64,000 bases of DNA, from positions 8,795-72,794 of the forward strand of contig JAJEIJ010000028.1 of NCBI GenBank assembly GCA_022827725.1, given 5' to 3'. The stretch comes from Acidimicrobiia bacterium. GTDB lineage: Bacteria; Actinomycetota; Acidimicrobiia; Acidimicrobiales; Bin134. Below are positions 41,601 through 47,365 of the stretch, piece by piece. The notes under the pieces were generated by a model. It had not been told where the DNA came from. It ran no database searches and saw only the letters and a list, made by a program, of their open reading frames with translations. Made by a program: the position numbers and the translations under genes. Within the stretch, counting starts at the first letter, position 1. Every line of letters begins with the position of its first letter.

Positions 41601-42290
41601 AGGGTGGCCACCGAGCCGATTGAATGGCCAGGAGACCGGGGCCGCCAATCGTTGGCCGCGGTCAACTCATTCGGAATCTCCGGCGCCAATTCGCACATCG
41701 TGGTTGAGGGGTACCAATCCACTGCTGATGATTCCGATGGATTAAGAAGGCCGTGGCAGCCGGTGGGGTCACCGCAAGCCGTGGCAGCCGGGGAATCGCA
41801 GCTCGATGGGGGATCGGAGCCTCCGACAAGACGGCTGCTGCCGTTGTCGGCCAAGACCCCGGCGGCGTTGCGAGAGCTGGCCCGGCGGTATCTCTCCTGG
41901 CTCGACGAGCACGCTGAGGAGCTTTCAGCAGCCGGTGCGGCAACCGATCCGCTGCTCTCCGACCTGGCGTGGACGGCAAGCATGGGGCGAAGCCACTTCT
42001 CCCATCGGGCTGGGTTGGTGTTCAGCGACGCCAAGTCGCTCCGCCAGCAACTCAGCGCTCTCCATGAGGTCGGCGAGCAGCGAGTTCAGAGCGGTGTGAC
42101 GGCGCCTGAGAGCGGCCATGACCCGCTTGCAGTCATTGCGGCGGAATATGCCGATGGGCAGGCGATTCAATTCGAGAGCTTGTTCCAGGGCGAGGCGCGT
42201 CGTCGGATCTCGCTGCCCGACTACCCGTTCCAGCGGCAGCGCTTCTGGGTAGAAGCGCCCCCCCAGTCGAGGGGCTCCGAGGACGATTGA
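32691..42290 (+). CDS. Type I polyketide synthase, KS-AT-DH-cMT-ER-KR-ACP-KS (the second KS is followed only by AT-flanking linker remnants)
   Basis: One uninterrupted 9,600-nt ORF (3,199 aa). Hand-located motifs: KS1 DTACSSSL (Cys181), EAHGTGTPVGD, KTNVGHLE. AT GHSLGE (Ser661). DH HRVYGQVITP and LLLDGCFQ. cMT LEVGAGTGSAT. ER LIHAGTGGVGLAAVQLA. KR TYLVTGGLGGIG. ACP LGMDSL (Ser2520). KS2 DLACASSL (Cys2753), EAHGAGTAVGD, KTNIGHLE. An AGGAGAG Shine-Dalgarno sequence lies upstream. Confidence 0.95.
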   Translation: MASRTGESIAVVGMACRFPGAGNLSEFWRLLETGQNAVSEGVPGSGVGRIGELFRDADVQNDACRFAGFISGIDQFDASFFRISPVEAQLLDPQQRLMLETSWQALEDAGINPDQLRGSRTGVYAGISNYDYRALILANSASAEAAVSLYSVSGTSFNTAIGRVAFALGLQGPALAVDTACSSSLTAVHQAVSGLQRGEADLALAGGVHVILSGRLFELRGNAGMLAPDGKCKTFDAAADGYVRGEGCGILVLKRLSDAEADGDRIWGVILGSALNQDGASTGLTVPNGVAQKLVITEALARSGVQPSEVDYLEAHGTGTPVGDPIELEAAVGAYCQERDADQPLLIGSVKTNVGHLEPAAGVAGLVKVMLSMKQGVIPPHLHYENPTPAIDWDQVPLKVTAEPTPWPNRSDRMAIAGVSGFGWSGTNAHVIVEAYGVGDCEPAQPGEERWPTGPPRSIAVATADDAAAMPVDAPAMVRPARLLPFSAKSDKALKELAQGYLEWLDDDIGPPSREVLADTAWTAGIGRSHFSHRAGVVFTDAESLRDKLDALVESGDEVAGSSVAPKVAFAYTGQGSQWVGMGESLYQSEPVVRAILDRCEEVFRHERGTSLLAVMFGWPDADGDLDDPAWTQPAIYALECALTALWSSLGVRPHAVVGHSLGEIAAAHTAGVLSLEDGLRFAAGRGKLMSELPEPGAMAAVFAPASVLVAAVEEQCAASGDSRLSIAADNGAHLMVSGPTADVEALLGRFEADEVRVRRLEKSAGYHSAMVEPILDGIEGLLTELAVGAPSLTVVSSMTGQVLKDGQAMDGAYWRRQARQPVEFRNSVQALAKLEVDAVIEVGPGAVLGPMTVLSWPAQAAVAEPIAVSSMKRPSDRTPTPEDGCGFLDAVVGAYQSGLDISFEGLYGGESRRRLSLPGYPFQRQRHWVEAAKRRRSGEGHPLLGICHESPRGELQFETEMDPSDPQWLSDHRVYGQVITPGALYGTMAVSALAANGNGRPSTPTGRSFVVEDLQLLSPMVFPEPDSDEGAAPEGRQVQFVLDEADPRAPARFEIYSRGPGEDGWTRHAEGLAHSEAGRIEGAESVDLDGLKAGLEPRDVSEFYRSRTGAGVELGTPFRTLRVLWASQGEAVGELSLPETIDRGGIEVHPLLLDGCFQVMAEARSGAGGDDGVAYLPFGWERLWLTGPMPDQLVCHARLKEAAEPSEGTPEVLTGDLVFYDQRGTVLGGLSGYTVKRATRAALLSAAGSLDDLLYEIVWRDSPLAPGILPADFLPPPSAIAAGSEPFTQYLAAEGVEAESRAGFLADLERLAWSYARLALDRLGWVRTAGDTVVPDELREQLGVAPEHGRLFRRMLEMMAKAGALEEVGDEFTVNVGSDDPLPEVLAGDPAARADWMEGQYPHGTMEIGLFRRCAGALAEVVVGNADPLTLLFGSGEPSAADLYIKAPMAQASNRMLGDAVAALLAELPEGRRLRVLEVGAGTGSATASVLPELPAGRFDYTYTDISAGFFAEAERRFGGAEASIDYRVLDIEVDPVEQGFDRHGYDLVIASNVLHATRFLDETLGNCRRLLAPSGHLVALETLRGLGWLDLSFGPLDGWWRFADHYRPHHALTSPDVWLRALGDSGFPAAEVLGVDPPDTGRQPDRGVIVAQGPAEVSEQPGVWILASDSGDSAENLAQELAARNQTVALVGDGAPINDQPLLDEPGVVRVSLAMSQRESWQSFFEGLSPDAAVRGVVHLVSLDGRGSQAGTEQLAEDAAQAGKSALALLQGMGDADAAPANGVWLVTQGAQVLEHEPAEGIAGAMLWGLGKVVGREAPHLNPRMIDLDPGGVVPLSDLANELLYPDAETHIAYRQGLRQAARLDRAGVGSGRPNLPDPAGEVSWLLAADSGGALEGVKPEPRPPAALDGRGVRVAVEAAGLNFLDMFRSLGVIGAGLLGEEFCGRVVEVGDDVSTVSVGDRVAGLGFGTLGSEVVTTEELVALAPSGISPAALATLPTVFVTSALSFDLADLKAGERVLIHAGTGGVGLAAVQLAQAAGAEVFATTSAPKQAYLRSLGVEHVFDSRRTDFAEGILEATGGAGVHVVLNSLTGPGFIDASLSCLAQGGRFVELARVDILSEEEMAAARPDVGYWILELDVLKEENPAVPGDALRRVVARVAAGELEPLVHTRWSLAEAGSAMKYMQAARHIGKLVLAGSPLETGRLRDDRTYLVTGGLGGIGCPVAGWLAGRGAGAIVLNGRRPPDPEAEEAISELRRQGVAVEIELADVTDPSAINQMLARIDADLPPLGGVIHSVGVLSDGALTNQTWEKFEEVLWPKILGAWHLHRATEGRDLDLFVLFSSVAGVLGNSGQSNHAAANAFLDQLAAHRRSLGLPGQSIAWGAWSGLGEAEEHRERIAGQLEAAGTGWLTPEQGLKAFDHLVRQDVTMGMVAAVDWQVVSEGPDARSLFLEDLLSADASGESQESSVDLLDDLRNAAAAEREEKLVAHLQRELQAVMRLPDLPNESAVFADLGMDSLMVVELRNRLNRAFAGEYTVSNTAIFDYPDVTGLARHLSLEFGQAGEVAEPREAAEASRPRVAQSDDEGIAIVGMACRFPGAEDLSAFWRLLEAGENTVTDGRQDGGSWDGVLGDPAAGDAVYRRGSFIEGLDAFDPQFFRVAPREAWSIDPLQRLLLETSWQAVEDAAIDPERLKGSRSGLYIGLGVSEYRGVIQRSGRAGGHLNTAGSVTVGKVAFSLGIEGPAVPLDLACASSLFAVHQAVEGLRRGETDIALVGGVNAILSTAVTNALVEVDMLSSQGQCKSFDASADGYVRGEGCGVVVLKRLSDAEADGDRIWGVVRGSAVSQTGAGLAVTVPSGRAQERVMVEALARAGISADEVDYVEAHGAGTAVGDAVEASAIAAVYGQGREEDRPVWIGSVKTNIGHLEGAAGMASLIKVVLGMRHGTLPRHLHFSEPSPEIDWARMPLRVATEPIEWPGDRGRQSLAAVNSFGISGANSHIVVEGYQSTADDSDGLRRPWQPVGSPQAVAAGESQLDGGSEPPTRRLLPLSAKTPAALRELARRYLSWLDEHAEELSAAGAATDPLLSDLAWTASMGRSHFSHRAGLVFSDAKSLRQQLSALHEVGEQRVQSGVTAPESGHDPLAVIAAEYADGQAIQFESLFQGEARRRISLPDYPFQRQRFWVEAPPQSRGSEDD
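32709..33989 (+). other. PKS domain: ketosynthase 1
   Basis: IAVVGMACRFPGA to GTNAHVIVE. The active-site Cys codon TGC is at 33231-33233, and both catalytic His motifs are present. Confidence 0.9.
34386..35300 (+). other. PKS domain: acyltransferase
   Basis: AFAYTGQGSQW; GHSLGE (codons 34665-34682); an Arg 25 residues after the Ser; and a non-canonical specificity motif, SAGYHSAM, in place of HAFH or YASH. Confidence 0.85.
35508..36395 (+). other. PKS domain: dehydratase
   Basis: HPLLG start, HxxxGxxxxP (HRVYGQVITP, 35607-36) and DxxxQ (DGCFQ) motifs. Boundaries are approximate. Confidence 0.8.
36888..37535 (+). other. PKS domain: C-methyltransferase (SAM-dependent)
   Basis: Motif I LRVLEVGAGTGSAT (from about 37113), then DLVIASNVLHAT. 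Boundaries are approximate. Confidence 0.8.
38403..39305 (+). other. PKS domain: enoylreductase (MDR family)
   Basis: GLNFLDMF, NADPH motif VLIHAGTGGVGLAAVQLA, and HIGKLVL near the end. Boundaries are approximate. Confidence 0.8.
39324..39890 (+). other. PKS domain: ketoreductase, with the catalytic Tyr position occupied by His
   Basis: TYLVTGGLGGIG Rossmann motif, WPKILGAWHLH (Lys present) and FSSVAG (Ser present). GQSNHAAANAFLD occurs where the family consensus reads ...YAAAN...; the codon CAC is at 39765-39767. Confidence 0.8.
40143..40385 (+). other. PKS domain: acyl carrier protein
   Basis: FADLGMDSLMVVELRNRL. The Ser codon TCG is at 40248-40250. Confidence 0.85.
40452..41720 (+). other. 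PKS domain: ketosynthase 2 (Cys-His-His intact)
   Basis: IAIVGMACRFPGA to GANSHIVVE. The Cys codon TGC is at 40947-40949, and both His motifs are present. Confidence 0.9.
41826..42254 (+). other. KS-AT linker and post-AT linker remnants with no AT core between them
   Basis: LLPLSAKTPAALRELARRYLSWLD...GRSHFSHRAGLVFSDAKSLRQQL parallels module-1 residues 481-560. ...FESLFQGEARRRISLPDYPFQRQRFWVE parallels module-1 residues 903-931. The roughly 325-aa AT core is absent. Confidence 0.8.
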
Positions 42291-42350
42291 CACTTTCGCT
42301 CCCCTTGATACACTTTCCCCGCTTTCAATCGGCTGCAAAGGAGCAGGTGA

Positions 42351-42593
42351 ATGTCTTCCACTGAAGAGCGAATCAGGGCCATCGTCGACCAGACTTTGGA
42401 GATTGATGGGCGAGAAGCGGGTCAGCCCTTGGACCTGTCTCGCAACGTTGCCGATGCAGGCGTCGCTTCTTCAGACATCGTGGCTTTTTGGCAAATGGTC
42501 AACCAGGAGTTCGGCACCGACATCTCCGCTGAAGAGTTTGCCGAGCTCTTGACACCTCAAGACCTCATCAACCACCTCGAATCCTCTGGTTGA
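42351..42593 (+). CDS. Small discrete carrier protein (ACP/PCP-like), divergent attachment motif
   Basis: 80-aa acidic ORF with a four-helix-like layout. The candidate phosphopantetheine site is AGVASSDIVAF (Ser40/41, 42468-42473) rather than the canonical GxDS. An AAGGAG Shine-Dalgarno sequence lies upstream. It sits between the PKS and the PPTase. Confidence 0.6.
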   Translation: MSSTEERIRAIVDQTLEIDGREAGQPLDLSRNVADAGVASSDIVAFWQMVNQEFGTDISAEEFAELLTPQDLINHLESSG

Positions 42594-43294
42594 TCACCGA
42601 CGCAGATAGCTGGTTGCGCCGGTTCAAGAGCATCGGTGCTATTGCCGTCTTCCACGTCGACCTGATCCCCGATCAGGGGCGCGAAGCCGAGGCCCTTACG
42701 TGGCTTGACGGGGAAGAGCGCTCGCGTTGGGAGCGCTTTCAATCCCCAACCGCTCAACGGCGGTATGTGCTGTGCCGTGCCGCGCTCCGTGCCATTCTTG
42801 GCCGCCAACTCAGTTGTCCAAACGAATCGCTGGGGTTCGAGGTCGCCAAACACGGCAAGCCGTTTGCCCTGGTCAACGGCCTGCCTGCTTCCATCAGCTT
42901 CAACGTGAGCCACAGCGGCAACCACGGGCTGATTGCCGTGGCTCCTAGGGGCCGCCTAGGTGTGGATGTTGAGGAGCGGGCCCCTCGCCGAAATCTCGAG
43001 AACCTCATCGAAGGCGTGTTCAGCCCGCATGAGAAGGCCGAGTTGGAATCGCTTGACGGGTGCCAGCAGCTTCATAAGTTCTTTCGCTTCTGGACGATCA
43101 AAGAAGCGCTGGTGAAGGCCCACGGCAAGGGCCTGTCCATGAAGGTCGCAGAATTGGAGATCCCCGAAGACATGCGCCGGGGAGCGGCCAAGAGCATCTG
43201 CCAGTTTGCTCAAATCCCCGAGACGACTTGGTGCTTGGAGGATATGGGAACGAGGGAGTTCGCCGCCGCCATCGCCTATGAAGTAAGCCCGTGA
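42590..43294 (+). CDS. Sfp-type 4'-phosphopantetheinyl transferase
   Basis: 234-aa ORF with FNVSHSGNHGLIAV, LGVDVEE and FWTIKEALVKAHGKGL motifs. The TTG start overlaps the carrier-protein stop (TTGA), so the start is uncertain. Confidence 0.85.
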   Translation: MITDADSWLRRFKSIGAIAVFHVDLIPDQGREAEALTWLDGEERSRWERFQSPTAQRRYVLCRAALRAILGRQLSCPNESLGFEVAKHGKPFALVNGLPASISFNVSHSGNHGLIAVAPRGRLGVDVEERAPRRNLENLIEGVFSPHEKAELESLDGCQQLHKFFRFWTIKEALVKAHGKGLSMKVAELEIPEDMRRGAAKSICQFAQIPETTWCLEDMGTREFAAAIAYEVSP

Positions 43295-44202
43295 CCGTGA
43301 CGGAGCAAGAATCGGTTTGGAGCGTTCCCGAGCCGCGGTCTGTCCACGAAGTGAGAATGGACGAAGAGTCGTCGGTCTTGCTTCGCCGCCACGGAGACCC
43401 CGATGGAACTCGGCTGATCCTCAGCCATGGGAATGGCCTGGCCATTGATCTCTACTATCCGTTCTGGTCGCTCCTGACCCAAGACTTCGATCTCATCGTC
43501 TACGACATGAGAAACCATGGCTGGAACGCGGTCGGCGGCTTGGAAAACCACAGTGTTCCGACGCTGGTTGGCGATCATGACCGCATACTTGAGGAGATTG
43601 GCCGGCAATTCGGCCAGAAACCGCAGGTTGGCGTATTCCACTCTGTGTCGTGCCTCACACCCCTCATTTCTGAATCCAAAGGCAGCGACTACGCGGCGCT
43701 CGTCTTGTTCGATCCGCCCCTGTGCAAGCCGGGCAGGAACTTTCGGGACTTCGAAGAAGCCGCGATCCGAATGGCGAAGTCAGCCCGGCGCCGCACCCAT
43801 CGGTTCAAGACCAAGAGCGCGTTCACCGAGCTGTTCGGGATATTCCCCACCTACAAGGCGGCGGTGCCCGGGACGGTTGACCTGCTGGCCGATTCCACCC
43901 TGCGGGAATCCCCCGACGGGGAGGGCTTTGAGCTGCGATGCCCTCGGGAGTACGAAGCGCAGATCATCGACTACGCCAGCGTCTTCGGAGCGTTCATCGA
44001 CTTCTCCAAGATCCGCTGTCCGGTCAAAGTGCTCGGCGCCGACCCCACGCTGCCTTATTCGTACCTGCCGTCTCTGAACCTCAGCGATATCTCCAGCGTG
44101 GACTACGACTTCCTTCCCGACGCAACCCACATGCTCCAGTTGGAGCAACCCGAAGAATGCGCCGCCATCCTGCGGCAGTTCATCGAGTCGGTTCTGACTT
44201 AA
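43291..44202 (+). CDS. Alpha/beta-fold hydrolase (candidate product-release or tailoring enzyme)
   Basis: 303-aa ORF. It has an HG oxyanion motif (LILSHGNGL), a nucleophile-elbow region VGVFHSVSC (non-canonical), and a C-terminal LPDATHMLQLEQPEE His motif. The GTG start overlaps the PPTase stop (GTGA). Confidence 0.75.
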   Translation: MTVTEQESVWSVPEPRSVHEVRMDEESSVLLRRHGDPDGTRLILSHGNGLAIDLYYPFWSLLTQDFDLIVYDMRNHGWNAVGGLENHSVPTLVGDHDRILEEIGRQFGQKPQVGVFHSVSCLTPLISESKGSDYAALVLFDPPLCKPGRNFRDFEEAAIRMAKSARRRTHRFKTKSAFTELFGIFPTYKAAVPGTVDLLADSTLRESPDGEGFELRCPREYEAQIIDYASVFGAFIDFSKIRCPVKVLGADPTLPYSYLPSLNLSDISSVDYDFLPDATHMLQLEQPEECAAILRQFIESVLT

Positions 44203-44309
44203 CTGAGCGGTTCGGGCCGCCTAGCCACGCCGAAGCGAGGTCGGGCGTCTTTGTTGCCTCGATAGCCCAGGTTTCCTAGAGTGTCGGAACCAAGTTCCAC
44301 GAGGGGGAA

Positions 44310-46187
44310 ATGCACATGCGTTCATGGCTATTGAAGCTACTGGCATTGTTGATGGTGTTCGGCCTGGTGGCCGCGGCCTGCGGCAACGACGATGATGACG
44401 GAGTCGAAACCGCTCCAGACGATCCCGCGCCTGCCGAGCCGTCCGACGACGGCGACGACGATCCCGCGCCCGCAGACGACGGCGACGACGAGCCCGAGCC
44501 CGCCGAGCCGTCCGACGACGGGGACGATGACAGTGCCATTTCGGCTCCCGTAGAAGAAGATGAAGATGTCGAGGCCGCAGTACCGACCGAGGAAGAGTTG
44601 GCCGGTGGCTGCGAGGCCACGGTTCCAGGCACCAAGATCAACTACGCGAACTTCTCGCCCAACTCCAGCATGGACCCGACAGCTAGTAGCGGATCGCTGG
44701 TGGGCGGCACCGAGTTGGTGAACGTGTGGGACATCATGATGACCTTCGACCCCGACGCCGGGCAGTACAACCCCCATGTGGCGGAGTCGCTCACTCCCAA
44801 TGACGACTTCACCGAATGGACGTTGGTGATTCCCTCGGGCATCACTTACGGCAACGGTGACGAGCTCATCGCCCAAGACGTGGTCGACTCCATGCTGCGG
44901 TTCCTCGAAGGTCGGGGCAACGGTGTAACCAACACCATCGAGGGTTCTTTGCGTCTCATCGATTTTGAGGCAAGCGAAGTGGTGGATGACAACACCATCA
45001 TCTTCCGTCTCATACAGCCGTGGACCACGTTCCCGCTGGTGCTGGGAGACGAGGCCGGCATGATCGTGAACCCGCGGGTAATTGCCCAGTTGCTGGAGGA
45101 AGAGGCGGCTAACGCCTCCGAAGAAACCAGCGCTGAAAGGTTGGTCCGCAACCGGATGTCGGTTTCTCCCGACCTGCTCAACGCGGCCAGCTTCGGGCCA
45201 TACGAGGTTGTCGAAGTGGAGCCCAGCGTGCGGACCCTGCTTAGGGCCCGCGATGACTACTGGGGTGGGCCAGTGTGCATCGAGGAGATCGAGTTCACCT
45301 TCCCGGGCAGCTCTAGGGCCAACTGGGAGGCCTTCCAGGCCGGCGATTTCAATGCTGCCTTCCTGCGTGACCCGACAGTGTTTGCGGATGCCCGCGAAGC
45401 TGGCACAGTCTTGAATACCGAACTCCAGAATGTGGGTGGACTGTTCCTCCTCAACAACGGCGTGCGAGGCGCCGAGAGGATCGCCCAGGACTTTCGGATT
45501 CGACAGGCCGTTCACCACGCCATCGACCGCCAGATCATCAACGACCGGGCCTTTGAAGGCACAGGAGTTGTGACCAACGCACTGGCCCACGAAGGCACGT
45601 TGCTCTGGTCTCCAGCTGTTCAAGAGTGCGCCGACCTAGAGCCGGCCTACGATCCCGACGCCGCTGCTGCGCTGGTGCAGGAGGTGAAAGACGAGACCGG
45701 CTGGGACGGCTCCCTGTTCTTCGTCTATACCGACCAAGATCCCGCCCCGGCTATCGGCCAGGCAGTGGAAGGACTGTTGGAGCGAGTCGGTTTCGACGTG
45801 ACCGCGGAGTACGGAGGCATCACCACCGTTCTCATTCCCCGGGTGATCATCCAGGCCGATTATGAGATGGCTGGTTGGGGAAGCAACCAAGATGGGGCCA
45901 CCTGGATCTCGTCGCTGAACCAGAACTTCCACTCAGAGAGCAGATCCAACCGGATCGGTTTCGGCCACCCGGACATGGATGCCGCGTTAGAGAACCTGTA
46001 TCGGGCTGCCACTCTGGCGGATCAGCAGGCAGCACTGGCCGACGTTCAGTGCGTCTGGGCGGAACACCTGCCCAGCGTTATCTGGTCGGTGAACGAGGAA
46101 GGTTTGGCGCTCACTCCCGACATCAAGGGCGTGCAACGCACCATGGCCACCTTGTTCCTGTTCGGCAATGCCTACATGGAGAACTAA
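44310..46187 (+). CDS. ABC transporter substrate-binding lipoprotein, family 5 (paralogue of 24408-26261)
   Basis: Signal peptide and lipobox (LVAAACGNDDDDG), an Asp/Pro-rich tether, and a family-5 SBP core. A GAGGGGG Shine-Dalgarno sequence lies upstream. Confidence 0.85.
   Translation: MHMRSWLLKLLALLMVFGLVAAACGNDDDDGVETAPDDPAPAEPSDDGDDDPAPADDGDDEPEPAEPSDDGDDDSAISAPVEEDEDVEAAVPTEEELAGGCEATVPGTKINYANFSPNSSMDPTASSGSLVGGTELVNVWDIMMTFDPDAGQYNPHVAESLTPNDDFTEWTLVIPSGITYGNGDELIAQDVVDSMLRFLEGRGNGVTNTIEGSLRLIDFEASEVVDDNTIIFRLIQPWTTFPLVLGDEAGMIVNPRVIAQLLEEEAANASEETSAERLVRNRMSVSPDLLNAASFGPYEVVEVEPSVRTLLRARDDYWGGPVCIEEIEFTFPGSSRANWEAFQAGDFNAAFLRDPTVFADAREAGTVLNTELQNVGGLFLLNNGVRGAERIAQDFRIRQAVHHAIDRQIINDRAFEGTGVVTNALAHEGTLLWSPAVQECADLEPAYDPDAAAALVQEVKDETGWDGSLFFVYTDQDPAPAIGQAVEGLLERVGFDVTAEYGGITTVLIPRVIIQADYEMAGWGSNQDGATWISSLNQNFHSESRSNRIGFGHPDMDAALENLYRAATLADQQAALADVQCVWAEHLPSVIWSVNEEGLALTPDIKGVQRTMATLFLFGNAYMEN
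44421..44530. repeat. Interleaved imperfect direct repeats in the lipoprotein tether
   Basis: gccgagccgtccgacgacgg at 44433 and 44502; gatcccgcgcc at 44421 and 44460; gacgacggcgacgacga at 44445 and 44475. They encode an AEPSDDGDDD / PAPADDGDDE low-complexity tract. Confidence 0.7.
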
Positions 46188-46237
46188 GTAAATCTGTTCA
46201 AACTGAGTTCTTAGAGCTCTAGGGGAGGAAGAGCACC

Positions 46238-47365
46238 GTGCTGCGAGTGGTCGGCTTAAAGCTGGTCCGGCTCGTGCCGGTGCTCTTCCTCGTTTCCCTG
46301 GCCACGTTCTTCCTAATAGATCTAATTCCTGGCGACCCGGCGGCGGCCGCCTTGGGAACGGACGCAACCATCGAAGACCTGGAGGCCATCCGAAAGTCGC
46401 TGGGTTTGGACAAGCCAATCACTGATCGGTATGTGGACTGGCTGGGTGGCGCGTTGTCCGGTGATTTGGGCCAGTCCTTGCGCCCCCCCAACGAGCCGGT
46501 CTCCGACTTGTTGCAACGCAACGCGGGACCCACCCTGCGTCTGTCGGTGATGGCGCTGGGCATGTCGTTCTCCATCTCCATCTTCTTGGGAGTGTGGTCG
46601 GCCCACGCCGCGGGCAATCGGGCCGACCGATTGGTGAGCGGCACCATGTTCACCTTCATCTCGGTACCGACTTTCCTGGCCGGCCTGCTGTTCATCTTCT
46701 TCTTCGTGTTCCGACAGTCTGTCCCTCGATATTTGTGGTTGATCATCGTCGGTTTGATTGCACTGAGGTTGGTCTATCTGGCCATCAATCGATGGTGGGA
46801 GGAGCGAAGGGACTTCTCGGGATGGGCTGGGTACTTGGTCGCCGCTCTGGTGGTGGCCGGGCTACTGTTCTGGGTTTTCATCCAGTGGCCCGATTTTCCC
46901 AGAACCGCGTCTCACCGCTACGACGACAGCTGGAGAGAGCAGCTCCGCTCACTGTTCTTGCCCGCGCTCGCCCTGGCGCTGAGCGAGATCGCGGTATTTA
47001 CCCGGCTGCTGCGGGCCGACATGCTTTCCACGCTTCAGGAGCAGTTCGTGCTGTCGTCTCGGGCCAAGGGTATGCCCACGTGGCGGATCTTGTTCCGTGA
47101 CGCGCTGCGGCCATCGTCGTTCTCCCTCATCACCATTGCCGGCATCACCCTCGGCCGGCTCATCGGGGGCACGGTGATTATTGAGACCATTTTCGGGCTT
47201 GAAGGGTTGGGCAAGCTGATCGTTGCCTTCGGCGTGATCCCCAAGAACTACACCGTGGTTCAGGGTGGCGTACTGGTGCTGGCGGTGGGCTATGTACTGC
47301 TGAACGCCATCATCGACATCTCCTATCAGTACCTAGACCCCAGAATCAGGCGGGGCCGTGTCTGA
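46238..47365 (+). CDS. ABC transporter permease (DppB/OppB-like) with an extra internal hydrophobic insertion
   Basis: 375-aa ORF with a GTG start after an AGGGGAGGAAG Shine-Dalgarno sequence. It has the EAA-type loop FVLSSRAKGMPTWRILFRDALRPS. It is about 60 aa longer than the paralogue at 26373. Confidence 0.85.
   Translation: MLRVVGLKLVRLVPVLFLVSLATFFLIDLIPGDPAAAALGTDATIEDLEAIRKSLGLDKPITDRYVDWLGGALSGDLGQSLRPPNEPVSDLLQRNAGPTLRLSVMALGMSFSISIFLGVWSAHAAGNRADRLVSGTMFTFISVPTFLAGLLFIFFFVFRQSVPRYLWLIIVGLIALRLVYLAINRWWEERRDFSGWAGYLVAALVVAGLLFWVFIQWPDFPRTASHRYDDSWREQLRSLFLPALALALSEIAVFTRLLRADMLSTLQEQFVLSSRAKGMPTWRILFRDALRPSSFSLITIAGITLGRLIGGTVIIETIFGLEGLGKLIVAFGVIPKNYTVVQGGVLVLAVGYVLLNAIIDISYQYLDPRIRRGRV

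Noticed and set aside
32691-42290. Interpreting the megasynthase as a PUFA synthase, an enediyne PksE, an olefin synthase or a mycocerosic-acid-type synthase
   Set aside because: It has no tandem ACP array, CLF or FabA-like DH (PUFA). Its domain order differs from the KS-AT-ACP-KR-DH-PPTase layout, since the PPTase is a separate gene (enediyne). It has no sulfotransferase-TE (olefin). The cMT and extra terminal KS do not fit the MAS layout.
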